64,000 nt of DNA from an uncultured Bacteroidaceae bacterium (lineage in GTDB: Bacteria; Bacteroidota; Bacteroidia; Bacteroidales; GCA-2748055): the NCBI GenBank assembly GCA_964479445.1, contig CAYZMH010000003.1:49858-113857 (forward strand). The letters run 5' to 3'. The translations under genes and the position numbers were made by a program. The notes under the pieces are model-generated. The model searched no databases. It worked only from the letters and a program-made list of their open reading frames with translations, and was not told where the DNA came from. Of this stretch, positions 19,801-28,202 are shown in pieces (position 1 is the first letter of the stretch; the number at the start of each line of letters is the position of its first letter).

Positions 19801-19941
19801 CCGGTTCGCGCCGATCTCCTGGTGGATAAGATCTGTTCGCTGCTGGGGCGTAATTTCACCCGCGAGGAGTGGGAGATATACGTGGGACCGGATATTACTT
19901 ACCGTGAGACATGTCCAACCAATGAAAACGAAAACCAGTGA
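16879..19941 (+). CDS. STAND-type P-loop NTPase with an internal TM helix, a Glu/Arg/Gln-rich coiled coil and C-terminal WD40 repeats
   Basis: The start was moved to the ATG at 16879 (MSDTSLSV) so it no longer overlaps the upstream gene. Walker A is GASGSGKSS and Walker B is VVIIIDQFEE. A hydrophobic helix IFALVLGFIAIIALGLFLW is followed by a ~115 aa E/R/Q/A-rich stretch and then repeated WD40-like units (SAGSDGQILRW, AAGTDGQGILLF, ASDRSGTIHIY, AAGDMGGNVRLY, STGYDGRVLMW). Confidence 0.8.
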   Translation: MSDTSLSVRDNPDRYANPFPGLRPFNEKESDLFFGREEPSRSVLQSLKSNSFVAVTGASGSGKSSLIYCGVVPLLQEEGSDAWHVVGIRPGANPLHNLVSAMSHAFRVDFDHQDAERLEEGQSGAVSMFREKKLTGKPVVIIIDQFEEIFRFTSDDDDQHSAERVRFIEFIFEAISASDLKVRVLLTMRSDFIGECSAYQDLTALINRSNYLIPQMTREDFRRAIEGPVHLRGVQIEDGLVEQLLDEVGENTDQLPVLQHALMRTWDYWLLQKDPEKPISTGDYEAIGRMDKALSDHANEAYDELDERQRGICESMFKTLTDKGGDNRGVRRPTLVSRVAEIAQCSAGEVIEVAGVFRSSGRTFITPYQPVEVTPGTVIDISHESLMRIWDRLRFWVDEEAASVQMYRRLSEAARMFQEGKTGLWRPPDLQLALNWREKQKPTLAWAMQYDPAFERAMVYLETSDREYRKEEENKIRLQRRRLRVTRIFALVLGFIAIIALGLFLWTRDLRIDEERQRELAEQKSAEAERQRQAAEESAENARLQQRIAEEASRQEEQQRKEAEAASRLAEQRRIEAEENLQMALEQERIARENLELANEREREANEQRRQAEEARKEAFTRRMLSIAKSMAVKSQQIDDDPDLKGLLAYQAFLFNNEYGGPLHDVDIYSGLYEANKTLRGEKYNVYAGHNQTVRSIRFASQDDRFYSAGSDGQILRWSLSDTGKSYETLYNRSMVIEALALGQNDRWLAAGTDGQGILLFDLDSGQEEPRVMNGHNGIIRDVEIHSEGEVVYSIGLDQTIMAWRTGGGSPSVLARSGNRYSDIAVSPDGRYLAASDRSGTIHIYPANGSGDTLHLEGHVINPVFSLDFSEDGQYLAAGDMGGNVRLYRTGTWEEEARLRGNDARVKEVRFSPDSKYLASTGYDGRVLMWKMADLNSSPIVMEDNRGFVFTVDFSPDSRYLVSGSSEASRLVARPVRADLLVDKICSLLGRNFTREEWEIYVGPDITYRETCPTNENENQ

Positions 19942-21014
19942 TGATACGAACACCGATAGTATTGATCCTGCTCTCTTTATGGACTGCAACTGCTGCTGCT
20001 CAGCAGGAGTGCGCCTTTATCCTGGAAGAGTCGCAGGAGCTGTTTGATGCAGGATTGATCGAGGATATCCCGGAACGGCTGGAGGGGTGCCTGGAAAAGG
20101 GATTTACCCGGGAGGAGGAACTCCAGGCATATAAGCTGGTCATATTAAGCTATTTGTTTGATGATAATATCGAGCAGGCCGATGCATATATGGCTCGCTT
20201 CCTGGATCAATTCCCGGCGTATGAACCGGTGGCCACAGATCCCAAAGAGTTTATCCTGTTGCTGGAAACCTATGACCGTGAGCCCCTCCTGGCTGTAGGG
20301 GGCGGAATGGGAAGCAGTTTATCATTTGCCTATCCGCTGGAGCAGTTGGGCACCCATAACACAGAACAGCATAAAGGCAGGTATGTACCCGGTCGCGCCG
20401 GGTTTCACCTGGGAGCAGTAGCCACGAGAAAGATAACTCCCTCATGGCGTGTCAGTGCGGAGTTCCATTTCTCCAACGTGGCTTTTCATCATACCCTGAC
20501 CGATGAAACGGGTGTTACCGGCTTTACCGGGGAGATCACCGATTTTACCCGCCTGGCCTATGAAGAGGTTCAGAATTGGCTTGAAGTGCCCCTGGGGGTG
20601 GAGTACTATCCTTTTTTATCCGGTTTCAGACCCTACCTGGAAGGGGGGATTGCCCCGGGATTACTGCTAACTGCAACTGCACAGGGAGAGAGAAGATATA
20701 CGCAGACGGGCGATATCCGGTATGATCCCATTACGGTTTCCAATGTAAATGTAGGCGGTTTAAGACGGCGCATGAATGTATGGGCCTATGCCGGCGGGGG
20801 TGTACAGTATAATTTCGGAACGGGAATTCTCTACCTGAACCTGCGGTACCGGTTTAATATGTTCAACCAGTCAAAACCCGGAGGGATTAACTATGAAAAC
20901 CCGGAGTTGCTCTGGGAGGTCTATTATGTTCCCGATGATTTATTGTTAAACCATGTTTCAGCCACGGTGGGATTTCTCCTGCCTGTATACCGGCCTAAAA
21001 AGATCGAGCAATAG
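19938..21014 (+). CDS. secreted protein with an alpha-helical (TPR-like) N-domain and a C-terminal outer-membrane beta-barrel domain
   Basis: 358 aa. The signal peptide is MMIRTPIVLILLSLWTATAAAQQ. The C-terminal ~240 aa show alternating amphipathic strands with aromatic ends, as in OMP_b-brl/PorT-like proteins. The start overlaps the upstream stop (ATGA). Confidence 0.6.
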   Translation: MMIRTPIVLILLSLWTATAAAQQECAFILEESQELFDAGLIEDIPERLEGCLEKGFTREEELQAYKLVILSYLFDDNIEQADAYMARFLDQFPAYEPVATDPKEFILLLETYDREPLLAVGGGMGSSLSFAYPLEQLGTHNTEQHKGRYVPGRAGFHLGAVATRKITPSWRVSAEFHFSNVAFHHTLTDETGVTGFTGEITDFTRLAYEEVQNWLEVPLGVEYYPFLSGFRPYLEGGIAPGLLLTATAQGERRYTQTGDIRYDPITVSNVNVGGLRRRMNVWAYAGGGVQYNFGTGILYLNLRYRFNMFNQSKPGGINYENPELLWEVYYVPDDLLLNHVSATVGFLLPVYRPKKIEQ

Positions 21015-21015
21015 T

Positions 21016-22197
21016 ATGAAAACGCGTTTACCTATCACGATCCTTTCCTTTATCCTGGTATTTGCAGTCTCCTGCGAGCAAACGGAGGAGGAACCTGCTC
21101 GGGGATTTGTTAAATTCTATGGCGGATATCAGGCAGATGCCGGCAACGATGTACAGGTTTTACCCGATGGCGGGTATGCCCTGACCGGGGCGATGAATCC
21201 CGATTCGGTGCGCCGGATGTTCCTCCTGGTTACGGACGCCCGGGGAAATCAACTGGACTTTTCGCCCGTATTTTACGGCGGTAATCATGAGACATCGGGA
21301 AACAGCCTGCTTGTTCTTGATGACGGTTACCTGCTTACCGGTTTTTTGAAAGACACGCTGCCGGGAGGGGAGGTAAAAACAGACGCATATATCGTTCGAG
21401 CGGGTAAGACCGGTGAGGAGATATGGAGCCAGACCTATGGGGCCGATGGAGATGATGTGGCGTTTCATGCTGTGCAGCGAAGAAGCGGCGGATTTGTAGT
21501 GGCCGGTGCCAGGGACAACCCCGATCAGCAGGTTCCTTGGGTTTTCATGATCGATCAAGAGGGCAATGAACTGGGTTACGAATTCAAAGGAAATGCCACC
21601 AATGCAGATGACCGGGCAGGATTTCTTTTACCTGCCGGAGAGGGCTATTTGTGTGGGGCTACCTATGATGACGGGGCTTATGATGGAACCGATTTTTACC
21701 TGATCTACCTGGATGAACAATGCGGCGTTTATGACACCCGTCCCATGGGCACAGATTATGATGATCACACCCGGTGTGTATTTCGTTACGGGGATGCTTT
21801 TGCCCTTATGGGTTATACAGAAAACCTCACCAGCGGTGTGAATGAGTTATCGGTATACACCTTCGGGGTGGGTTCAAATTCGATCATAGACCTTGAGCGA
21901 CTTGCAACTATTTCACGCTCAGGAAGGGACCTGACAGGGGGGGATTGTGTGGTAAGGGATGATGGTGTGATTGCCGTGGCAGGCACCTTTGAAGAGAATG
22001 AAAACAGGGATATGATGCTCCTGTTCCTGAAAGATGGCGTGGAGTCGGGACGTGTCACCTACGGTGAACTGGGTAATCAGTCGGGGCATGGCATTGCCAA
22101 AACGCCCGATGGCGGTCTGGTTATGGCCGGAACCAATGGGCTGGAAGGAAACAGTGTGATCTCCCTGGTAAAAACCGATGCGAAAGGAGCGTTGTAA
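21016..22197 (+). CDS. lipoprotein with a repeated beta-propeller-like motif; function unknown
   Basis: The start was moved to MKTRLPITILSFILVFAVSC (lipobox Cys). An acidic stretch EQTEEE follows the Cys and resembles the Bacteroidota surface-export signal. About 7 repeats of a D-G-G-Y-x-x-x-G type motif are present (DGGYALTG, DDGYLLTG, SGGFVVAG, GEGYLCGA, DGVIAVAG, DGGLVMAG). Confidence 0.6.
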   Translation: MKTRLPITILSFILVFAVSCEQTEEEPARGFVKFYGGYQADAGNDVQVLPDGGYALTGAMNPDSVRRMFLLVTDARGNQLDFSPVFYGGNHETSGNSLLVLDDGYLLTGFLKDTLPGGEVKTDAYIVRAGKTGEEIWSQTYGADGDDVAFHAVQRRSGGFVVAGARDNPDQQVPWVFMIDQEGNELGYEFKGNATNADDRAGFLLPAGEGYLCGATYDDGAYDGTDFYLIYLDEQCGVYDTRPMGTDYDDHTRCVFRYGDAFALMGYTENLTSGVNELSVYTFGVGSNSIIDLERLATISRSGRDLTGGDCVVRDDGVIAVAGTFEENENRDMMLLFLKDGVESGRVTYGELGNQSGHGIAKTPDGGLVMAGTNGLEGNSVISLVKTDAKGAL

Positions 22198-22218
22198 ATC
22201 GTGGAAAAATTTGGTGTT

Positions 22219-25200
22219 ATGAAAACCGGAAATTCATTTCTTTTTGTCTTGCTGCTCCTGGTACTGACCGGACCTCTGTTTGGCCAGACTGCCACCCTGA
22301 GTGAGAACATCGGTGATGAGGGGGATATAAGGAACGGGACCGTATACCAGGTGGTTGTGACAGTGACCAGTGATACGTTCGTGGCCGGGGTGACGCAGAA
22401 CACACAGGTTAACTCAGATTTCCTGGATGCCCTTAAAACCGGTGAAGCAGCATGGGATGGGGTGGTGGACCAGATGGATCACACAGATTTTACGTTGGCA
22501 CAGGACGATACCGTGCTGACCATAGATGTGGATCCTTATCCTGATTATTACATTGATGCGGATGATCAGATCGGGCTGACCATTCCTTCCAATGCACTGA
22601 AATCGGGAAGCAGCCTGGTTGCCAGCAACAACATCCAGATCTCCAACCTGCTTCCATCCGCGGTTTTTTCCGGGACCTTCACAGGCAACCCGGATGAGTC
22701 GGCCATCCGCAGCGGAGATCAGACCCTTGTTATAACCCTTGACCATAATCGCTGGCATCCGGATATCGGATCCAGTACCCCCCTGTTGAATGCGGTAAAG
22801 GCTATTTTCACAGGCCCCTCTTCGTTTGATAATCTGCTGGACCACATGGAATCGGGGGATCTTGCCCTGAACGGTGACCGGACCGTATTGACCGTTACTT
22901 TCCGGGGGCGTTTTAATTTTTATATCGGCAGCGACATAACCGTCCAGGTGGATCTAAACAGCTCCCCGCAGCTTTTGGAGGTACAGGAAACCATCCAATC
23001 AGCAACCACGGATTTCACCATCGGGAATGAGGACCCGGTTATTTCGGTTGTCCCCTCATCCTATTCGGAGCAGGTTGTTCGCAGCACCGGGTTCCAGTTT
23101 GAGATTTCCCTTGAAGGTGATGCCTGGGAGAATCTATTGAGCAGCAGCTTTGAAGATCGCATCACCGGGGATACTGCCTGGAACAACCAGGTGCAACCTT
23201 CCGGCTTGAGTGTAACACGGACCAATGATTCGGTGGTTACGGTGACGGTGAGTTCATCGGCCGGTTATGACATTGCGGTGAACGATACCGTGACGGTCAC
23301 CGTGGACGGGGGAGATCTCGAATTTACCGGAGCCGGAACCTACCCGGTGAGCGGACGCATTGTGATCACCCCCGCTGCGGCATCGGTCAGTGCCGGAGGC
23401 ACCATAACCGGCGGGCTCACAGAGGGTGATATCCGCAACCAATCATACGAAATCACCCTGGGTATATCGGAGGATGCATGGGTCACCGACCTGATGTCCG
23501 ATCCGGTGAAACGCCGGACGCTTGTGGAAAACATTACTGCATCTCCCGCAGAGACCGGCTGGGATGATCTGATCAGCGAAATCCTGGGAACTGATGACGG
23601 TCTCTCCAACCTATCCCGGAACGGGGATGTGATCACCATAACGGTCCCGGCAGTTTCTGATTTCAACATCATCGAGGACATCTCCCTCTCAGCGGGTGTA
23701 CCTCCCGAGCTTTTGCAGTACTCGGGGAGTTCACTGTCAGATAACGGTTTTACCACCCTCTCGGCACTTCCTGCCACGCTCACTATTGCCAGTTCTCCTC
23801 CATCCCTGGCAGAAGATAACCTCGACGGGGCGGTACTCACCGCCACGCTGGAAGAGGAGACCTATGACGACGGAACATTTGATGTTTCCAATTTCTCTTT
23901 TTCACCGTCCATTTCCGGTCTTTCCATTGATGCAGGCACCTTCCAGTATGTCGGTGCGGATGCCATCACCTTCAACCTTCTCTACAGCGGGGATATGGAT
24001 ACCGACCAGGCCTTTGGTTTACGCATTGGTGCGGCTGAACTGACTACCGGTCCTGCGTTAACCAGCAGCAATACGCTGTCGGTTACAGCGCAGATCGAAC
24101 CGGAGATCACCGGGGTGGATATTCCCGATCAGCCCATGGGTATCGGGGCTGTTGTGGAGGCGGAGATAACGGTGGTAAACGACCAGGGATTCACATTCAG
24201 CTATCATGACGGTACCATTGCCGGACGATTGCTGGACAGTGTAGTGCGCGATGATCCGACAACCTACCTGGGATATTTCACGGTACAGGAGGGTTCCAAT
24301 CCGCAATACACAGCCGCAGAGCCGATCCCGGTGACTGATCTGGCGTTGCAGAACGGCACCATTCAGGGTGTCGCCTTTACCGGTTCGATCACTAATCCGG
24401 GTGACCTGCTGGATTCACAGCGCCCCGTTGTGGACCTGGTGGAATTTGACGCAGGCAGCTATATTATCGGGGACATGGTAGAGGCCATTGTGCATGCGGG
24501 TGAAGCCGGACTGGATTTTGACATGGCCGGTTCGCATATCAACAATGTTGGCTTCTCCGGACCTAACATATCGGTGAGCGAGATCGGATCCGGGATTTAC
24601 CGGGTTCGCTATACAGTTGAAGCCGGGGATGACGATGTGACCGGCGTCATTCCCGTTTCGGTGGTGATGACCGACGGGGCAGGTAATAATTCCGCACCCA
24701 ATACCACTGCAAGCGGCACCTCCCCGGTTATTGATGCCAACAAGCCGGAGATCACGGATGTGGAAGTGCTAACCAGCGGGATCCAGGTTCCCGGCAATAT
24801 GATCCGGATTCGGATCACGGCCACAGAGACTGGACTGGATACGGTATCCGGAACAAAGGTCAACGGGGTTTCCGATCCGATGCAGCTCGGGTTTACCGAT
24901 AACGGGGATCATACCTACCTCATCGAATATGTGGTTGGGGCTGATGATAACGAGGTGGCCGCAGGTAACCTGGCGGCTCGCTTTATCCTGGAGGATGGTT
25001 CCGGGAACACCCGTACCCACACCACCCTTCCCGGAAATGACATTTCCATTGTGACCAGCGGTCCCACTGTTTATCTTTTCGGAGGCGGGGAGATCTGCCG
25101 GGGAGACTCTTCGCTCATCCAGGTGGATATCAACGGCGGTACACCTCCTTACGATGTGGTGATTACGGATGGCAGCAACGATTCAACCTTTCTTGATTTG

Positions 25201-28197
25201 CCGGGTTCATTCAGTTTCCGGGTTAAACCGAAAAGCACCAGAGATTATTCCATTCAAACGGTGGTGGATGACCTGGGAATTGCGGGGAATTATTCGGGTA
25301 GTGCGCATGTGGAGGTTCACCCGTTACCTGCGCCACAGATCATGAATGCACGTACCACGTTTCTCATCTCGGAGGAGGGGATCAATCTGAAAGCTCTGCC
25401 ACAGGGCGGGATCTTTACCGGTCCGGGTGTGGAGACCTCAACGAGCCGGTTTTTCCCGGAAGTGGCGGGGGTAGACGGTTCACCGCACCCGATATTGTAT
25501 ACCTACGAAGATGAGCATGGCTGCACAGGAACCGATCTTACGCAGTTTACGGTTGTTTCCGAGGTAGCCACGCTCACCGTGCCGGATACCATTTGTTTTA
25601 ATGCCCCGCCGGTTGCCGTGGAGGGGAGCAACAGCACCGGTGGTCCGGGCTCCTTTAATTTATTCAGGGTCAAGGGGAATACGGATGTTTTTATCACCGA
25701 TGGATTGGTGGATTCATCGCTGACTGATGACCGGGCGCACCTGCTGCCCGAGGAGCTTGAACGGGGTACCTACCGGGTTGTTTATCACTTCAAATTCCAG
25801 GATTCCATTCCGCGGACCATTGATGAGCTCTTTTTTCTTGATGAGATACCGCCCATCCGGTTTACGTTGCGTCCTGACGATGCCGTTTGCCGGAATGAGG
25901 ATGCTTCATCCCTGGAGACCAATCTGGATGAGAACGAGGGCACTTATCAATACTCAGGATCCGGCGTTGAGTTTATACCCGGATCGGGATACTCGTATAA
26001 CCCGGGGCTGGCAGATATCGGAACCAACAGGATCCTGTACCAGTTTGTTGCTCCTTCTGGTTGCGCGAGGAAGGATTCCATCGAGGTGATCAATTATGAT
26101 GTGCCGGGGGTAGATTTCACCCCGACCGGTATCTGCATACCCGAGAGCGGAGGTCCGGTAGGATTTATAAACACAACCGACAAAGAGGACCTGGTTGCAG
26201 AGTGGCGATGGGAGTACGGGGATGTGAACAGTGGCAGTGCGAATACCGATACCTTTGCGGTGAAAACCGACCCGGTACATGATTATACCGGTCCGGGTTT
26301 ACGAACCGTTTCCTTGGAGATCATTACCCTGAACGGGTGTGTTGCGAGCCGTGACAGTTCCATTGATTTTGCCGACAAACCCATCGCGGATTTTCGATGG
26401 GTAAGTGATTGTTATGTTGAGGGGGCCGGGGTGGACCTGGTTAATGAATCTGCGTCGGAGCGGACCTGGGATTCATTTAAATGGCTTTTTGCACAGGCCG
26501 GAGGTGTGGCATTTGACTCCACGATTACACAGGATCAGCAGGATATTGCGTATACTTTCCCCGACATGGCCAACTACGATATTTCACTGATCGCGGTAAA
26601 TGATAAGATGTGTTCCGATACACTGCACAGTACCCTGGTGCTCAAGCCCAATATTACATTGAAAGACACATCGTTCCTGGAGGGTTTTGACGGGAGCGAT
26701 GTGAAATGGGATACCCGTTCGGATACCGCGACCCAGAATAGTTGGGTACGGGGTGAACCTGATTTCTCGGGTTTTACCCCCGAGGCCGGAGACTACGCTT
26801 TCTACACTGATTTCCCCGAGAATCCCGACCAACGGGGTGTGGAGCAATCCTGGATTCAGAGTCCCTGCTTTGATTTCCGTGGAATGGAGCGACCCATGAT
26901 AAGGATGGATATCATGCGCAGTTTTGATTTTAACCGGGATGGAGCGGTACTGCAGTATACTCTGAACAATGGGCTTGACTGGATCACAGTTGGAAATATC
27001 GGGGAGGGGATCTCCTGGTACAACTCGTTTGATATAAAGGAGGAGCCGGGAGGCAGTTCCATTGGCTGGTCGGGCGAAGCCCTGTTTGATCCGGATACCA
27101 CATGGGTGCAGGCCGCTCACGACCTGGATATGCTCAGGGATCAAGAGACGGTGATCTTCCGTGTAATTTACGGGACCGATGGTGCTTCTGTGGTAGACAA
27201 TGAAGGATTTGCCTTTGATAATATTTACCTGGGAGAACGATCCAAGCGGGCCCTGATCGAGCATTTTACCAATTCCTCTGCCGATGCTGCACCGGAAGCC
27301 GATGGTGCAATTGATGATTTTACGGATAACAATAACCTGGATGTGGTTAACCTGCAATATCATATGCATTTCCCGGGAGCAGATCCCATGAATGAGAACA
27401 ATCCGTCTCCGGCGGCTTCCCGTTCGTTTTACTACGGGGTGAACCAGGTGCCGTTTGCCCTGATGGACGGGGGATTTGACAATAGTTACCGGTACGACTT
27501 TGCACCGGGTGAGCCCGATGGATCCTCGCTCAGGCAATTGACCCTGGAGAGTCCCTCGTTTGATATAGACCTGCGTTTCTGGCTGTATGACACCCGGATG
27601 CGGGTTCGAAGCCACATTACTGCACTGGAGGATATGGGTGAAAAGAATTTGGTTCAGTATATCGTTGTGGCGGAGAAGCAGGTGACCTCCTATGAAGGGG
27701 AGAACGGGGATACCGAGTTCAATAACGTAGTGCTGGGAATGCTGCCGAGTCCGGCCGGAACCCTCTATGAGAAAGCCTGGACACGCGATGAATCCATGGA
27801 AATATCTCATACCTGGCCGTATGCTCATGTGGAGGACCTCTCCGACCTGGTGGTGGTTTCTTTTATCCAGGAGCGTGGGACCGGAAAGGTGCTACAGGTG
27901 TCGGCTGCCCCGGAGCCCGAAGTTCCCCTGGGTGCGGGTCACCAATTCGCCCGGGAGGGAATATCCCTCTATCCCAATCCTGTCAGGGAGCAGATGCATG
28001 TGGACCTGGACCGGAACGTACCCTCTTCCCGTCTTGAAATAACAGACCTGTCCGGTCGTACTTTAATGCAGCAGGAGGTGATCCGGGGTGAAGAACAAAT
28101 TATTCAGACGGCTCATCTGGAACAGGGATCTTATCTCCTTTTGTGGAAAGAGGGGAATCGCCTGCTGGACCGGCTGCCGTTTATTAAGGTACGCTAG
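22219..28197 (+). CDS. giant secreted T9SS cargo protein (adhesin-like; repeat modules, SprB/Ig-like and PKD domains, MAM/lectin-like domain, T9SS C-terminal sorting domain)
   Basis: ~1992 aa from the ATG at 22219 (the track starts at GTG 22201). The signal peptide is MKTGNSFLFVLLLLVLTGPLFGQ. PKD-like segments include WRWEYGDVNSGS. A GGTPPYDV SprB-repeat-like segment is present. The C-terminus (LYPNPVREQMHVDL...GSYLLLW...FIKVR) is a type-A T9SS CTD. Confidence 0.85.
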   Translation: MKTGNSFLFVLLLLVLTGPLFGQTATLSENIGDEGDIRNGTVYQVVVTVTSDTFVAGVTQNTQVNSDFLDALKTGEAAWDGVVDQMDHTDFTLAQDDTVLTIDVDPYPDYYIDADDQIGLTIPSNALKSGSSLVASNNIQISNLLPSAVFSGTFTGNPDESAIRSGDQTLVITLDHNRWHPDIGSSTPLLNAVKAIFTGPSSFDNLLDHMESGDLALNGDRTVLTVTFRGRFNFYIGSDITVQVDLNSSPQLLEVQETIQSATTDFTIGNEDPVISVVPSSYSEQVVRSTGFQFEISLEGDAWENLLSSSFEDRITGDTAWNNQVQPSGLSVTRTNDSVVTVTVSSSAGYDIAVNDTVTVTVDGGDLEFTGAGTYPVSGRIVITPAAASVSAGGTITGGLTEGDIRNQSYEITLGISEDAWVTDLMSDPVKRRTLVENITASPAETGWDDLISEILGTDDGLSNLSRNGDVITITVPAVSDFNIIEDISLSAGVPPELLQYSGSSLSDNGFTTLSALPATLTIASSPPSLAEDNLDGAVLTATLEEETYDDGTFDVSNFSFSPSISGLSIDAGTFQYVGADAITFNLLYSGDMDTDQAFGLRIGAAELTTGPALTSSNTLSVTAQIEPEITGVDIPDQPMGIGAVVEAEITVVNDQGFTFSYHDGTIAGRLLDSVVRDDPTTYLGYFTVQEGSNPQYTAAEPIPVTDLALQNGTIQGVAFTGSITNPGDLLDSQRPVVDLVEFDAGSYIIGDMVEAIVHAGEAGLDFDMAGSHINNVGFSGPNISVSEIGSGIYRVRYTVEAGDDDVTGVIPVSVVMTDGAGNNSAPNTTASGTSPVIDANKPEITDVEVLTSGIQVPGNMIRIRITATETGLDTVSGTKVNGVSDPMQLGFTDNGDHTYLIEYVVGADDNEVAAGNLAARFILEDGSGNTRTHTTLPGNDISIVTSGPTVYLFGGGEICRGDSSLIQVDINGGTPPYDVVITDGSNDSTFLDLPGSFSFRVKPKSTRDYSIQTVVDDLGIAGNYSGSAHVEVHPLPAPQIMNARTTFLISEEGINLKALPQGGIFTGPGVETSTSRFFPEVAGVDGSPHPILYTYEDEHGCTGTDLTQFTVVSEVATLTVPDTICFNAPPVAVEGSNSTGGPGSFNLFRVKGNTDVFITDGLVDSSLTDDRAHLLPEELERGTYRVVYHFKFQDSIPRTIDELFFLDEIPPIRFTLRPDDAVCRNEDASSLETNLDENEGTYQYSGSGVEFIPGSGYSYNPGLADIGTNRILYQFVAPSGCARKDSIEVINYDVPGVDFTPTGICIPESGGPVGFINTTDKEDLVAEWRWEYGDVNSGSANTDTFAVKTDPVHDYTGPGLRTVSLEIITLNGCVASRDSSIDFADKPIADFRWVSDCYVEGAGVDLVNESASERTWDSFKWLFAQAGGVAFDSTITQDQQDIAYTFPDMANYDISLIAVNDKMCSDTLHSTLVLKPNITLKDTSFLEGFDGSDVKWDTRSDTATQNSWVRGEPDFSGFTPEAGDYAFYTDFPENPDQRGVEQSWIQSPCFDFRGMERPMIRMDIMRSFDFNRDGAVLQYTLNNGLDWITVGNIGEGISWYNSFDIKEEPGGSSIGWSGEALFDPDTTWVQAAHDLDMLRDQETVIFRVIYGTDGASVVDNEGFAFDNIYLGERSKRALIEHFTNSSADAAPEADGAIDDFTDNNNLDVVNLQYHMHFPGADPMNENNPSPAASRSFYYGVNQVPFALMDGGFDNSYRYDFAPGEPDGSSLRQLTLESPSFDIDLRFWLYDTRMRVRSHITALEDMGEKNLVQYIVVAEKQVTSYEGENGDTEFNNVVLGMLPSPAGTLYEKAWTRDESMEISHTWPYAHVEDLSDLVVVSFIQERGTGKVLQVSAAPEPEVPLGAGHQFAREGISLYPNPVREQMHVDLDRNVPSSRLEITDLSGRTLMQQEVIRGEEQIIQTAHLEQGSYLLLWKEGNRLLDRLPFIKVR

Positions 28198-28202
28198 GGG
28201 TG

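Noticed and set aside
26584-27828. 414 aa minus-strand ORF inside the giant T9SS cargo gene
   Set aside because: It is antisense to a region with clear PKD, MAM-like and T9SS-CTD coding signal on the plus strand. It has no motifs and is rich in Ile, His, Pro, Gly and Arg, a shadow-frame composition.
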